A stretch of 64,000 bases of DNA from assembly GCA_951406725.2 (NCBI GenBank), contig OX597815.1, positions 139,500,001 through 139,564,000 of the forward strand, read 5' to 3'. The notes beneath the pieces were generated by a model. That model was not told the origin of the DNA and did not search any database. It saw only the letters and a list, made by a program, of their open reading frames with translations. Shown here piece after piece: positions 22,554 through 36,772 of this stretch. The translations under genes were made by a program, and so were the position numbers. Position 1 is the stretch's first letter. Each line of letters starts with the position of its first letter. This DNA comes from Octopus vulgaris. Taxonomy: Eukaryota.

Positions 22554-22885
22554 AACACATACAAACAAGCCTTCGTATGATTGAGGTGAGGGTTAAAATT
22601 TACATGACAATTTTTTTTTTGCTTATATTCCACAAATGGACCACATGTACTTCGGCATCATCGTTCCATAAAATGTATTTAATGGAAGGAAAATAAAGGA
22701 AAAACCTCAATACATGTGAGAGTGATAATGGAGGGTGGTTTGGGTTGTGCTAGAAACAACAGCCAAACGTCTCTTGAATTGTTCACCTTCTCCTTTGAAA
22801 ATAGTTACATTAAAAAATTTTTTTTTTACCGAAAAGGCTCCTCTCATAGTCTTTAAGTTTTAAAAAAATAGCCAAAATCGGTCCA
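22066..22885. repeat. Long degenerate inverted repeat (MITE/foldback-like)
   Basis: Arms ~22066-22295 and ~22667-22885 are reverse complements (e.g. atgagaggagcctttt vs aaaaggctcctctcat), around a (CA)n-containing spacer. Confidence 0.75.
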
Positions 22886-22956
22886 AATAGTTATTATTGC
22901 AAACCTTACAGGATTCCAAACAGCCATAACATCAAAATCACTTCATTTTTTTTTTA

Positions 22957-23592
22957 ACATTGAAATAGAGAGTGCAAGACTTTGCAAATGAAAACGGAAT
23001 ACTCCGCAGTAAATGCAGCGAAAATTTAAATTTATGAAAATTTGGATTTCGAAAATTCAATAAACTTCAGACATCAAAATTATAGGAAATTTCTTGGAAC
23101 ATAAATTTATAAAATAATTTCCAGACGGTCAAGCCTTTAATAATTTTTCTGCAATATAAGGATGTTTTATTCTATTTATGTTATTCAGCGTTATTATTAT
23201 GCGTTTGAGAATAAAATATTTCCATATGTGTATATTTCAATACATCTCAGCGCTTCTAAAAAAGGCAAACTTTGTTTTTTTTACATATATCGTAATCTTA
23301 TACCGGTATATAAACATTTTTCATTCAATAAATTATATTTTTACATTACGTATACAGAATAAATTGTGGGGTTTGCAAGTACCGAATTAAAACTTGAAAT
23401 GGAAACATTAAAATAGAGAGTGAGAGACTTTGCAAATTAAAACGGAATATTCAGTGAATGCAACGAATATCTAAATTTGTGAAAATTTAGAGTTCAAAAA
23501 TTCAATAAACTTCAGAAATCGAAATTATTAGAAATTTCTTAGAACATAAATTTATTTAAATATTTTCCAAACGGTCAAGCCTTTAATAATTG
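22957..23592 (+). repeat. ~190-bp direct repeat pair
   Basis: 22957-23147 and 23405-23592 share aaatagagagtg..gactttgcaaat...acggtcaagcctttaataatt. Confidence 0.85.
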
Positions 23593-23647
23593 CTTTCTTT
23601 TAGTAATTGTTACATACCTAATTGATAAGCAACTTTCTCCATTCTAA

Positions 23648-23693
<46 letters not shown>

Positions 23694-23759
23694 GATAAAA
23701 TTTTCGAAAAAATTTTATCCATGCCCAGCATATAAAAAAAATACCTTTAAAGTTTAAAT

Positions 23760-24150
23760 TTATAAACAAGGGCAAAAGAAAAAAATTTCAATTCCAAATA
23801 TGCCGAAATAGACTTAATCGTCAATAACCATATAATTTATCACTATAAGCACGCGTCTCGAAAGCAAGCCGATAGAAATTCTAAAAAAATTTCGTTATTA
23901 TCTGATCGGTCCCAATTTCTGAGTTAATTCATTTAGAATTTTTTTCTCGTCATCAGCGATAAACTAACTCAGCGATAAATTAACTCAGAAATTGGGACCG
24001 ATTTGATAATAACGAAATTTCTTTTAGAAATTTCTATCGGCTTGCTTTCGAGACGCGTGCTTATAGTGATAAATTATATGGTTATTGACGATTAAGTCTA
24101 TTTCGGCATATTTGGCATTGAAATTTTTTTTATTTTGCCCTTGTTTATAA
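23760..24150. repeat. Near-perfect ~170-bp-arm palindrome between (TA)n tracts
   Basis: 23760-23929 is the reverse complement of 23978-24150 with few mismatches. Confidence 0.9.
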
Positions 24151-24160
24151 GTTTTATATA

Positions 24161-24204
<44 letters not shown>

Positions 24205-24206
<2 letters not shown>

Positions 24207-25471
24207 AGGTGCGTAAAGTACTTGAGGACGTACCATTTTGGTTCATTGCTGCATTTTCTGCTATCTCTGTTTATTCTTTGTTTCAGAAAAGAATAATGGC
24301 AGACACAAAGCTTACTCAAGAAATGAAGAAAGGGGTATACTGTTATTGTGGTTATAAAGGCTAAGCATAGCGATTTAGAAATATCTCGATTTTTAAAAGT
24401 TACCAGATCTTTCACCTACAAAATTTGTAAGGATTTAGAGACTGAAGATGGAAACGTATCACCAGTATCTCAAAGAATAAGAAGCATTCTAAACGCTCTG
24501 AAATCATCAGAACACATGAATTTATCCAGCAAGTTCAACAGACTATTGATTACAATCCCAGAAAGTCCATGAGGTCAATTGCTAAAGATCTCCATGTATC
24601 AGAAGGAACAGTCAGAACTGTTGTCCACGAAGACATCAAGTACAAGTCTTATATGATGAGGGAAGGTCAATTTGTCCGAAAATGCAAAAGGAAATCACAA
24701 CATCAAATCTAAAAGGCTCTTAAATTAACTGAAAAATCCCACAGAAGATTTGATTTGGTTTTTCTCAAACGAAAAAAACTTCGATTAATATTAATATTAA
24801 AAAGTTATGAGAAGAAATGACAGGCGGTTATGTGCAGACCCTTCTGAAGTTCTAAGTGTTATGCATACAAAATTTCCTGCAACTGTCATGGTTTTAGGGG
24901 TTGTCAGCAATGAAGGACATGTGATTCTTCCTTACTTCTTTCCACAAGGCCTTAGAGCTTACTCTGCCGCCTACATTGAAGTCCTGGGAATATTTGTTAG
25001 TCCCTTGATACACAGTGTATGCAATAAAAGGTCATATGTCCTTTTAAGACTCTTCACTATCACACATGGCTCTAGTAACACAGGAATGTATGGCTGAAAA
25101 TTGTCATGATCACATAACCCCTAACATCTGGCCTCCTAATTCTCCAGATCTCAATCCATTGGACTATTACATGTTGAGCATTGTTGAGAGAGAGTTCCAT
25201 GAACACATAACAGCAAAGATTCTTTGAAAGCTGCCATAGTCACAGTAATGTCTGAAATGAACCAGGACCACTTCATTCGAGCATGTACATGATTTAGATT
25301 CCATATAGAAGCAGATTTTGAAGCTGAAAGTAGTTTTATTGAATAACATTATAGAAAAGAAGGTTTATTTTTATCCTCACAGCAGTTTTTGATAAATGAA
25401 GTCATTGTGTGTTATTATATATCTGTTTTTTTATAAGCATAAATCTATCCTCTAATATCTTACGCACCTTA
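24205..25471 (+). mobile_element. Tc1/mariner transposon (maT/DD37D-like), full length, inactive
   Basis: TIRs aaggtgcgtaa / ttacgcacctt. Transposase remnant ~24296-25346 with TKFPATVMVLGVVSNEG and WPPNSPDLNPLDYY. Confidence 0.88.
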
Positions 25472-25514
25472 TATATATACATATATATATATATATACAT
25501 ACATACATATATAT

Positions 25515-25592
<78 letters not shown>

Positions 25593-25597
<5 letters not shown>

Positions 25598-26060
25598 GCA
25601 GTAAATGAATTGTCGTCTGAATTACGCAAAAATGAAAATAACTCTGGCATCTCATTTTAACAGATATATTTACCAAAATTACATAAAAATATCTTGAAAT
25701 ACTAAAGAGTATATTTGTTCAACAAAATTGCCATTGGCTTCAACCACTGCTTCCAGACAACTTTGGAATCTCCTGCAACTCTGCTGGACGGTCTCTTTGT
25801 TTAAGTCGATGAATGCTGCCATAATCCTTGCCTCCAGTTCATCTTTGGTGTTACAAGGAGTTTTGTCGGCCTCTCGCTCAACTGCGCCCCACACATTATA
25901 ATCAAGGGTGTTGCAGTCTGGGGAGTTATGTGGCCAGATGTTACAATTATATATATATATATTATATAGGGTGGCTGCTGGAAAACCTGCCACACAAGCA
26001 GAAGATCCCAGTCATGGTGTCAGACAACTTCTGTGACCACATAACTCCCCCAGACTACAA
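25593..26060 (-). mobile_element. Second maT-like Tc1/mariner 3' fragment, partly inverted
   Basis: Minus strand IWPHNSPDCNTLDYNVWGAVER...CRRFQSCLEAVVEANG. TIR-like agggtgcagtaaatgaattgtc at 25593. Confidence 0.8.
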
Positions 26061-26091
26061 TTATATATATATATATATATATAGATTATTA

Positions 26092-26270
26092 AGCCGGGCA
26101 GAATGCTTAGCAGCATTTCGTCTGTCTTGACGATCAGAGCTCAAATTCTGCCGAGGTTTACTTTGCCTTTCGCCTTTTTGGGAGGTGATAAAATAGTTGA
26201 GGACTGGAGTCGATGTAATCGACTTCCTCAACCCCCAGAATTGCTGGCCTTGTGACAAAATTTTAAACCA
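26092..26270 (+). mobile_element. SINE family C, partial
   Basis: Homologous to the reverse complement of 37857-38070. Further degenerate copies at ~21545-21682, 27685-27850, 33250-33398, 34655-34830 and 55610-55755. Confidence 0.7.
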
Positions 26271-26615
26271 ATGTGTATATGTGTGCGCGCCCCTGCGTTT
26301 GTATGTACACCATACGTGTATGACAATACTACGCATTGTTTCTTTCTACTCTCTACATTTTAAGTTCGATTCCTGCCACGATCAACATTGCCCTTCGCTT
26401 TAGTACCACCACCGGGCAACTTTGGTGAGCTTAGTGGAGTTCACTCTGCTGTCTACTGTGGTTTCTGTACAATCTTACACCACTTAAAATAAATCTGTTG
26501 GTTGCAGAGTAAATTTTTTCTCAATTTTTTATTACTGAAGCTCTCATATGGAATTCTTGATGAGAGCGCCCGTTATCTCTCTCTCTAATTTTCTTTCTCT
26601 GTCTCACTCACTCAC

Positions 26616-26688
<73 letters not shown>

Positions 26689-26713
26689 ATGTATATACAT
26701 ATATGTATATACT

Positions 26714-26745
<32 letters not shown>

Positions 26746-28089
26746 CACACACAGACACGTACATATGTACATATATACATGCATACATACATACATACAT
26801 ACATACATACATACATACATACATACATACATACATACATACATACATACATACATGCATGCATACAGCAAGAAGGTAAAAGGAAAATAATATGAGAGGG
26901 ATCAATAAGGAATTAAAATAAACGAAGAAATATGGCAAACTATAAATCAAACATTTTCATTAATTTTGAAATATAATCCTGAAATAAAAATATTGATGTT
27001 TCATATAAAATCATTAAACTTTCGTCTTTCTAATTAACGAATTAAAAAAAGAACTTCAAAAACAATTCCATCTTTTTTTTTTTTTTTTCCTAATTTTCTA
27101 GAAACAGAAAACATGCGCTGAATTAAAACGGAAACCGCGAAGGGTGTATTTTATTCAAAGACGTGTCGATAGAGAAATGACGTTCTATGATGCTTTGGAT
27201 CTATCTAAATTTTGATGAGGAGTGATTCAGTTGTTCATAAGAATTTTTAGAATTCATTTATGTTACTGTTGGCTTCCATTCACACAGCTGAAGTGATCAG
27301 AATGGATTTTGAAATGGCTGATTCAAGTGGTTTTATGTCCACAAAACAAATGGCACAGCACACTTCACGCGATGATTTCTGTAAACTTGACTAACCCGTT
27401 AAAGAAAATATTAACAGTGCAGAACACTTGAGAGATTTACATTTATATATACAGATAACAATGATCTATAATACAGAACTGTAAAGTGTGGTCTAATACA
27501 GATGGAGAGATGAGAGAGAGAGAAAAAGAGGACTTTATATTAAAAAGAAAATACTGATATACGATAGCACTACAACAGTAGACTCCTCTCTCAATGCTTA
27601 CTGTCCAAAACTGAACAACGTACTTGTAAAGAGATCTCCGGTAGCACTGTTTCCACAGAAATAGCTATATATTTCATACTGTTTCAGATTTTGGCACAAA
27701 GTAATTTCATGGATGGGGTAAGTCGATTACATCGTCTCCAGTGCTCTGCTGGTACTTATTCCATCGACCCTGAAAGAATGAAAGAGTGAAAGTCGACTTA
27801 AGTAGAATTTGTATTCAGAACGTAAAGACGGATGACATGCCTCGAGGCATTATCTCGTACATAACTTTTACTACTTCAGATATCATAGCAGCAATAAATG
27901 AAATCTAGTATTATTCTACAATAGATCCTGATATATTCCCCCGTTAGTCTCCTGGAAGAATGCAGACATCAACTTGCAACTCCTCTAACTAATCTCTGGA
28001 GAAACTCTTTAGACTCAGTTCATATATGGAAACAGTTCTGATCCCAATGTACCATCCCGGTCTCCAAAAAAAGGGAAACAGGTCCTAAC

Positions 28090-28395
28090 TATCACCCAAA
28101 CTCACTCACCTCCCATATCATCAAAGCGTTTAAGAGGGTAGTAATATCAAGTATAACTGGCTTCCTGTTGAGTCACAATCTTCTAAATTCCAACCAGCGT
28201 GGATTTCGTTACGGCAGGAACTGTCTAACATCGATGATGTCTTTAAAGCGCTCGACAGAGTCGGTCACAATATCCTCCTGTGAAGGTTGCCAAATATTGA
28301 AATCCATGGTAAACTGCTATGCGGGGTTAAGTATTTCCTGATGAACAGAACACAGAATGTTGCGATCGGGGGAATCCACTCAAACCAGGACTGGT
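28090..28395 (+). mobile_element. LINE (CR1/L2/Jockey-like) reverse-transcriptase fragment
   Basis: FLLSHNLLNSNQRGFRYGRNCLT...FKALDRVGHNILL...IHGKLLCGVKYFLMNRTQNV. Confidence 0.8.
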
Positions 28396-29218
28396 GCCTC
28401 CTCTGGAGAACACCAGTGGTGCTCCTGGCTATCGTAGAAGACACTTGCCCGAGGTGACACGCAGTGTAACTGAACCCGGAACCATGAGGTTAGGAAGCAA
28501 GCTTTTTACCACACAGCCACGCCTGCGCTTATATATAAACTAATTAGTATTTTCTATTTTCTATTTTTATTTATTTTTATTTGTTTTTGCTTTTAGCCAT
28601 GTTTGGGTTTGAAAACGAAAGCGGATGTTATTTGTTGTTATAACATAAATAATATTTTACAGTTTTTCTCGTTTGCGAAACTATAGAACTAAAAGAAATT
28701 TGGTGAAATATTTCTCGGTTTGTTAACGAAGTTGTAGAAACCACTAGATGTTGTTGGTCAGCGGGCAGAACAATCTAGCATACCATCGTTAGAAAACAAA
28801 ATACATCACTCGACGTTTAAAGCTTGTGGCGTATATTTATGACTTGGAGGGGTTTTAATAAACCTTCAGGCATGTACTTTGCGCTCCAGACATTCTCTAC
28901 TTGTGAATACTTGTGCTTCTTATCTCTACCAAATTCTAAATTTTGCTCTATCCTTGAGCTACGTTACACATAATAAATTCTATTATCTAATAATAATTCA
29001 GTTGAAATTATAATTGTAACAAAATATAGTAAGCGCTATTTCATTTTGATTATTGCCACAGGCGTGGTCGACTAGTCATTCAACATTTATATATACTTCC
29101 ATTTTATATTAATCCAGTAAGTTGCCTTTGAATTTAACAGCATTAAACGTAACATATTTAACTAAACATGCAATCATGCATACGTAGACATGTACTGGCA
29201 CATACATACATACATACA

Positions 29219-29252
<34 letters not shown>

Positions 29253-30739
29253 CATATACATAGATACATCCATGTCTGTGTATGTATTACGTTTGTGTGT
29301 ATATGCGTGTACGTGTGTTTTTACGTGTACATATATGTGTGTGTGTATTATTTTATAATATGTGTGTGTGTGTGTATTATTTTATAATATGTGTGTGTGT
29401 ATATTCTTTTATACGTTTCAGCTCTAAGGTTGTGGACATGCTAGGAGCGCCGCCAGTGTGCTGAGGCACAATGTCTATGTTTGTGTGTATAAGTAGGTAT
29501 CAAGCAATTATGAGGAAGGTATGTATATATTCATTCCAGGGGTATTCTAATATTTCCTCCCTAAATCTGTTCTAAACACATACAGTTTACTGTTAATATT
29601 TGTTACTACTTGCTGCTATCACAGTTTTCATTTATTAATAAATAAAAATCTCCATCCACTATGAGCTACAATTTGATAAACGCCATAAATTGCATTTTAT
29701 ACTTCTCACAAACCTATGTAAAAGAAAGACTTTTAGTTCGTTTGTGGAATACTAGCATTAAAGTTTGAAGGAAATATTTTGAAAAAATGTGGTTTACTCC
29801 GCATGGAGACCTTTTCACTAATTTTCAAAGGCTATTCAATAAGATTAAAGTGCTTTGTCATATAAGGACAATTTGTAAGCAGATAGCTGCCTTGAATAAT
29901 ATATCATTTAATAATGATGAGACTATAAGGAATTTGTTGACTTACATCAAAGTTTATCATACTGAGCATGAAATAGGGGGCGAATCTCCAGCAGAAAATA
30001 TTTCATGTTCCGAAACCTGAAATTCTGTCTGTCATTAATTGACATTGCATTGGAAGAATCTCACTGGCTAAACTCTACACGGAAATATTCTATAAATCAT
30101 CCCTCGAAATATATTTATTATCAGTTTGATGTTACTGCCATGTAAAAAGAAAAGAAATAGTAAATTTATCTCACAAAATCGTGGCTTCGTGACAAATCTC
30201 TTTTGAATATTCATGCTTTGAAAAATGGCCATAATTCTTCAACCAGTTATCAACCCAACATCATGCAAGAATGAGAGGGAGGGAGAGAGGAGGAGAGGGA
30301 TAGAGAGAGAGAGATTTTGCAATCAATTGGAGTGTTATTTTTTTTACTATTTAATTAGCATATTAAATTGATTTATTGCATTAAAAGCCAAAATAGGTTT
30401 CATCGTTTACTTTATATATATTTTCTTATTTCAGTCCCCGAATGAAAACGATTGATTTTCTATATTAATTTCGAATGTCGTTGCTTCGGTAAGAAACGGA
30501 AGGTGTGGGGAAGCGAGGGTACTTCAACAGATATTTAAGTTTCAAAAGTTTGATAATGTTCTTTCGCTTCAGCGTTTTTGTATTTGTTTATCATCAATAA
30601 ATCAGGAGACATGTAATTCATATTTCAACTGCATTTTACACCAGAATTATGAAGTTTCATATCTTACATGTAGATCATCTGGTATTGTTAATGCTGTGCT
30701 TGATGATATTGTTGCTGTTGTTCTTGTTGCTGTTTTTGA

Positions 30740-30950
30740 TGGTGGTAGTGATGGTGGTAGTGGTGGCGGTTGTGGTGGTGGTGGTGGTGGTGGTGGTGGT
30801 GGTGGTGGCGGCGGCGGCGGTGGCGACGGCGGCGGCGGTGGTGGAGGAGGTTATCGGTGACAGTGGTGCTTGTGATGGAGCTGTGGCGATCACGACGACG
30901 ACGACGACGACGACGACGATGATGATGATGATGATGATGGTGATGAGAAC
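30740..30950. repeat. Compound trinucleotide repeat (GGT/GGC/GAC/GAT)n
   Basis: Directly visible; similar tracts at ~6355-6470 and ~62848-62920. Confidence 0.9.
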
Positions 30951-31737
30951 AATATAGTGATAATTGTACTGATATCTATTGTACTTTCTATACGTGTGTA
31001 TGTGTGTTTGTGTTTGTGTTTGTGTGTGTATTTGTGTGTTTAGATAGTAGTAGTAGTAGTCGTATTTCTGTTGTTGTTGTTGTAGTTGTTGATGGTGGTG
31101 GTGGTGGTAATTATGCTGGGGTGATGCTGGTGACGACGCTGGTGGTACGAGATTGTATTGATAATTAGTTCAAAAGTGACAGCTATCGGTCCTTACACGT
31201 ATAATGTTTTCCCGGACTAGTGATATCGATGTAGTTAATGTTCATATTGAATTTCTAAATGCCGATGTTTCGTACAAGGAAACGGAGGTGTGTGGCGGCG
31301 GGGGGGGGGGGTTCTATTTTTGAGAAGAAGGCTTGGACGAAGTACTAATACCTAGTGTAGGGTTTTGAGTGAGTCACAATGAGAATAATGGTACAAGGAT
31401 AAAAGGAGGAGGAGGAGGAAAGGCGAGGGAATGAGATCCCGGCTGGTACATTAATTGTTGTAGTAATTATATACAAAGCAGAGGTGGAGGTTTGGCACGA
31501 AGTGTTGAAGTTGTATGTACATGTGTGTGTGTATGTGTTTGTTTGTGTGTGTGCATGCAGTTAGTAATACGAAGTGATTTAATGACGTAGAGGAGATTGT
31601 TGAAGACACGGAACGAGAAGGGGACACAGTGGATTCATTGAATAGATATATATATATTACGATTATTTGTCTGGTTTTTGCGAAGCATATTAGGAAAGTA
31701 GTTGGTAGTGTAGATGTTGTAATTGCATTAGAGCAAG

Positions 31738-31903
31738 CGAATGTGGCTGTGTGGTAAGAAGCTTGCTTCTCAACTACATGGTTCCGTGTTCAGTACTCCT
31801 GCGTAACACCTTGGGCAAGTGTTTACTATAGCCTCGGGCCGATCAATGCCTTGTGAGTGGATTTGGTAGACAGAAACTGAAAGAAGTCCTTTGTATGTGT
31901 GTC

Positions 31904-31935
<32 letters not shown>

Positions 31936-32175
31936 CGCGTGTGTGTGTGTGTGAGTGATTCTGTCTGTGTGTCTGTGTTTGACCCCCACTATGGCTTGAC
32001 AACCGGTGCTGGTATGTTGACGTCCCAGTAACTTGACGGTTCGGCAAAAGTACCCGATAGAATAAGTATCAAGCTGTAGAAAATAAGTACTGGGGTCGAC
32101 TCTTTCTACTAAAATTACTCTACGCGGTGCCCCAGCGTGACCGCAGTCGATTGGCTGGAACAAGTAAAAGATAAA
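31738..32175 (+). mobile_element. tRNA-derived SINE, family B
   Basis: gtggctgtgtggtaagaagcttgc...ggttccgtgttcagt head and internal (GT)n. Homologous to 1480-1936. Confidence 0.8.
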
Positions 32176-34956
32176 AGATGCTGTCAATGCATTTGATACG
32201 CCTGAACATCGATGGGTAGGTTGTTGGTAAAATCAGAGAAGGAATTCCTAAAGGAAGCGAACACATTGTCAAGACTCCATAAATAGCAATAAATAAAGCG
32301 ATAGCTCTGGTAGTCGTGCAAGATTGCAATGAAACTATAGGTATTAGTTATTCTTATACTGGTGTTAATAGCTATGTTGATAATATCTGTGCTGAGGTAG
32401 CAGTGAGAGTGTTAGTATTTTAGAAATCATTGATTGGTCAGAAATAACTTTTTCATATTTACAGCACGTTCATACTGAAATACATGGACCGTGGAGGTTT
32501 TAGTTAACAATGTTAATGCAAATTATTAATTTACTTTAGCTGGACACAAGGCTAATTTTCGTAAAAGGGGGTAGATATGTAGTTAATTTAATCCATTTCA
32601 ATTTATTACTGATTGTCCGTTAATAAACCATGCAAGGAGCGAAGGTGAAACTGATCCTCATAGTGTCAATTTTCTCTTTCATCCCTCCATAATTTATCCT
32701 GTGACCAATCAACTGAAATATATATTATTGCTATTCCTTTCGCAATAGAATAGACAGAGTAATCTCTGTCACATCATGTTCCTTTCATCATTACAAATTT
32801 TTACACGCTAATATATACTTGTGTGTGTAAACATAAGCATGTGTATGTTTACACAGACACACATATACATTCATATGTATTTATAAACATGTGTGTTTGC
32901 GTGTGTATGTGTATATGCTTGTATGTATACACATATATGTGTGTGAGTGTATGTATATCTGTGTGTATAATCGAATGATGGTCATGATCTTATTGGAAGG
33001 ACTTTGGAGACTGTTAGCAAGACAGGAAGAACTCCCAACGGTAGTAGGAAACAGCATATGGCGATATCGAGTTACATTCAAATACGAGATATGTTCTGAT
33101 TATTGAACATTATACGGGATATGTCCAAGGCGTACAGGAGTCACAGGGCGGGAGTGACATAGGTAACGAATTAAATCAACTACTCATACAGTCTGATATC
33201 GATTCAAACTTGTCTGAAATACTTTTCTTACTTAATGTTAGTAGGGTTAGTCGGTCAGCGAGCAGGCAGAAGCGTTTGAACGTCGGAAAAAATATCTTGC
33301 AGTATTTCATCCGACACTTTGCCTACTGAATTTAAAATCTGCCGAATTTAACTTATTATTTCCTCCTTTCGGGGTTGATAAAATATAGCACCGGTCAAGG
33401 GTAAATACGAACGCTTTTCCCTCAAAAGTGATGGTCATCTGCCCAAACAAGATACTACAATTCAGCTTTAACCCATCTCTCAGTTTTCTTTGTGTGAAAC
33501 TACATTTTTGTATCACTTCGAACTTTGCAAACGCTGATTTTGGTTGGCCCTTAACACTCTACCCCTTTCAATGTGCAAAATCAAAGCTTTAACTTAACTA
33601 TTCTCTTGTTTATTATGCAACCAATCTCTCATCATTGATTTGCATGCAGCTATACAGACTGAAGTAAAACTGTTGATTTACTCTCCTACGTGTGCAGACA
33701 AAGGCGCGAATATATTAAATGCTGAAGTGGAGAAATACATTTCAATAAAAAAAAAACTTTTCTCAATACTTTACTTTTAAAGAGACCATGCTAGTAATCC
33801 AATTCATAGTTGAGTGGAATAAAAGTTGTTTGAATAAAGAAGTGTTCGAATAAAAGATGTATTTGACTAAAGTTGTGCTCGAATAAAAGATATGTTTGCA
33901 TAAAAGATGAGTTTCAATTTAAGAATGACTTGAATAAAAATGTGTTTGGATGAGTAACTCGTAAATAATTAGTAAAAAGCTTCGTGACAGATAAATAACC
34001 ATTTCCTTGAGAAAAATTCGTCTTTTAGATTTACTTACATGATCATTTCTCTCTATCTAATGAAAAACATCGTTTATCAACTCTTTTAAGTTAATTATTT
34101 TTAATCGAATTTCAGAGTAGACTGTAAAATGTCTCTTCATATATTTTAATTTTACTAGCATTCACGTATCCTGGATTTAAAAGTTTATTAACTTCATTTT
34201 TAAAAAACTGGAGACGGGGTGCTCTAGGGTAAATTGTAAAGGTGAACCACTGAACAAATTAGAAAAAAAGCTTGATAATCTTTCTACAGTGGTTTCTATT
34301 TATGCTGTTATCTAGAAATTGCTTTTGCTTCGGTTTTAAAGGAGATAAATCTACGTTAACGTGGGCAAAGTTGAAAACATCAATTCTGATTCTAGGAAAG
34401 GTTCACTTTGAATTTGTTAATCAAGTTTAAGGATCCCAACTAAGATGTTTGTTATAAAGCTTGCAGTATTTCATCCGACACTTTGCCTACTGAGTTTAAA
34501 ATCAACCGAATTTAACTTATTATTTCCTCCTTCCGGGGTTGATAAAATATAGCACCGGTCAATTTTGAATTTAAGAGCTAAGTAGTTTCAGCTATACATA
34601 TTCTTAGGCGACTTAAATAAATACCGTTAATATAATGGTAGTAACCAACACAGAGAGCTGGCCGGATCATTTGCATGCCGGTCAAAATGCTTTACGTCCT
34701 GAGTTCAAATTCCGCAGAAGCAGGTTGACTTTACTTTCAGTTTTTCGAGTTCAGTTTTTCGCCCCCCAGTTGAGCACTGGGGGTCAATGAAATTGACTAA
34801 CCTCCTCCACAAAATTTCCGGCCTTTGGCCTATACTATAAAGAATAAACGTTAATATAATGATAATAGAAAAATAAAGGAATTCTCTTTCGTAAAATAGA
34901 CTCTCCGTCTGTCTGTCTCTCTCTCTCTCTCTCACACTTTCTATCTGTATATACAA

Positions 34957-34992
<36 letters not shown>

Positions 34993-35352
34993 ACGCACAC
35001 ACACATACACATATATATAAATGTTTATACATACATATATATATATATTTTTTTAATATACAAAATAAGAAAATAGAGGAATAGATTTCTATCAATGAAT
35101 TAATTACATTGCAATTCTTAGCATTTATGTATTAGCCTTTCTGGGTACTTTACTGGCAGTGTATTGGATAAACGTTATCCCATAGTGGGTTACACTCACA
35201 ACCCCTATCTCACTTTATATATTTTATATATATATTTTAATATTTTATATTCAACATTTCATCTATTCAATAAGACAATCAATACTTCATTTCATTTTAC
35301 TACACTATATATACTATTTATGTTATATATTCTATATTCTACATTAATATTA

Positions 35353-35784
35353 TCTCTCTATATATAAACGGTAGTTTGTCTGTCTGTGTGTCTGTCAGGT
35401 TGTACCCTCACCCTAACCACGGCTTTCAACCGATTCTGATGAAACTTGACACACACATAGCCCAATGTCATAATTCAAAACTAACGCAGCGAAAGTTTTG
35501 AAAAGTCTCCCCAGTTCTGAAAAAAATCGATAAATTCGACATGGGGTCGAGAATCTAAGCTTTTTATATGCAACACATTTTCTGTCTAGGGGACACAACT
35601 TGACCTTTTTATCGCCCAAAGGGACAGCTAGGAACATCGTATACACAGAAGTATTCGAGTGAAGAGAAGACATTGCAACCTACACATGCGCCTTCGTTCC
35701 CTAGAGGGAAAGGACTAGATTGGGATTAGTCGTTGCCTACTAGGGGCTCTTACATACCCGTGCAACGCCGGGCTATGCTGCTAG
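35353..35784 (+). mobile_element. Non-autonomous Helitron
   Basis: 5' TC start (tctctctatatataaa), subterminal hairpin cccgtgcaacgccggg, 3' CTAG end, inserted between A and T with no TSD. Confidence 0.85.
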
Positions 35785-35846
35785 TAAAGAATATAAATAA
35801 AACATAAAAAACAGAGCTGGAATTCCTTTGAATAATAAATATATAC

Positions 35847-35915
<69 letters not shown>

Positions 35916-36726
35916 GGATGCTTCTGGTAGTTAGTCGACGAATCACATTCACTGTCCATGACTACCTCACGTCATCTACGGTATTCGCACAATTGTCACT
36001 GGATCTCCCTCAAGAATTCCTTAGAGCTCGTTGAGTATATTGCAAATCATAGAGACAGGAAACGGAATATACTAGAAATTTTATTGCTCACAGCGATCGT
36101 TTCGACCCATTCCACGTTATATATTTACATATAATGAGCATTAAAATGCGAAATCATCGATGATCTGGCAGTATCTGCTGCTGTAAGGAGCCTGCCTCCC
36201 CTGTCAATCATTAAGCTAGTGCTTTCTGTAGCTGTTGAGTTGTTTTGACTCTTATTTCTAGCAAAACTGGTGCTGATTAATGCCCTTTGTCACACGTGTG
36301 TGTATGTATAGTAGCGAGTGTGTGTGGCAGTAACTGCGTATGTGTGGTAGCGACTGAGTGTGTGTGTGTGCATGTGGTGGTGGTGGCACATATGTGTGTG
36401 CGCGTTATGTACGTGCGTGTACGCATGCGAGCTTGTGTGTGTGCGTGCATATATGTGTGTATGTACGTGTGTGTGTATGCGTGTGTACGTGTGCGTGCGC
36501 GTGTGTGAGTGAGTGCGTGCGTGCATGTATGTACGTATGTGTGTGTATGTGTGTGTTGTGTATATGTGTGTGTTCGTATAAATATATATATATACATGAT
36601 GCAGACAGGAAAAGTATAACTCGAACTTATTTATATTAGTATTTATCAACAGAATGAATCAAGGGCCGCGAGTTTCGAGTGTTGGTACTCTCGACCCTTG
36701 TATCACTCTGTCGCTTTTGCTATACG

Positions 36727-36772
<46 letters not shown>

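Noticed and set aside
30649-30957. Poly-V/A/T/M ORF
   Set aside because: Compound trinucleotide repeat.
33817-33950. CRISPR-like short repeats (also 63480-63710)
   Set aside because: Degenerate tandem units without unique spacers or cas genes, in a eukaryotic context.
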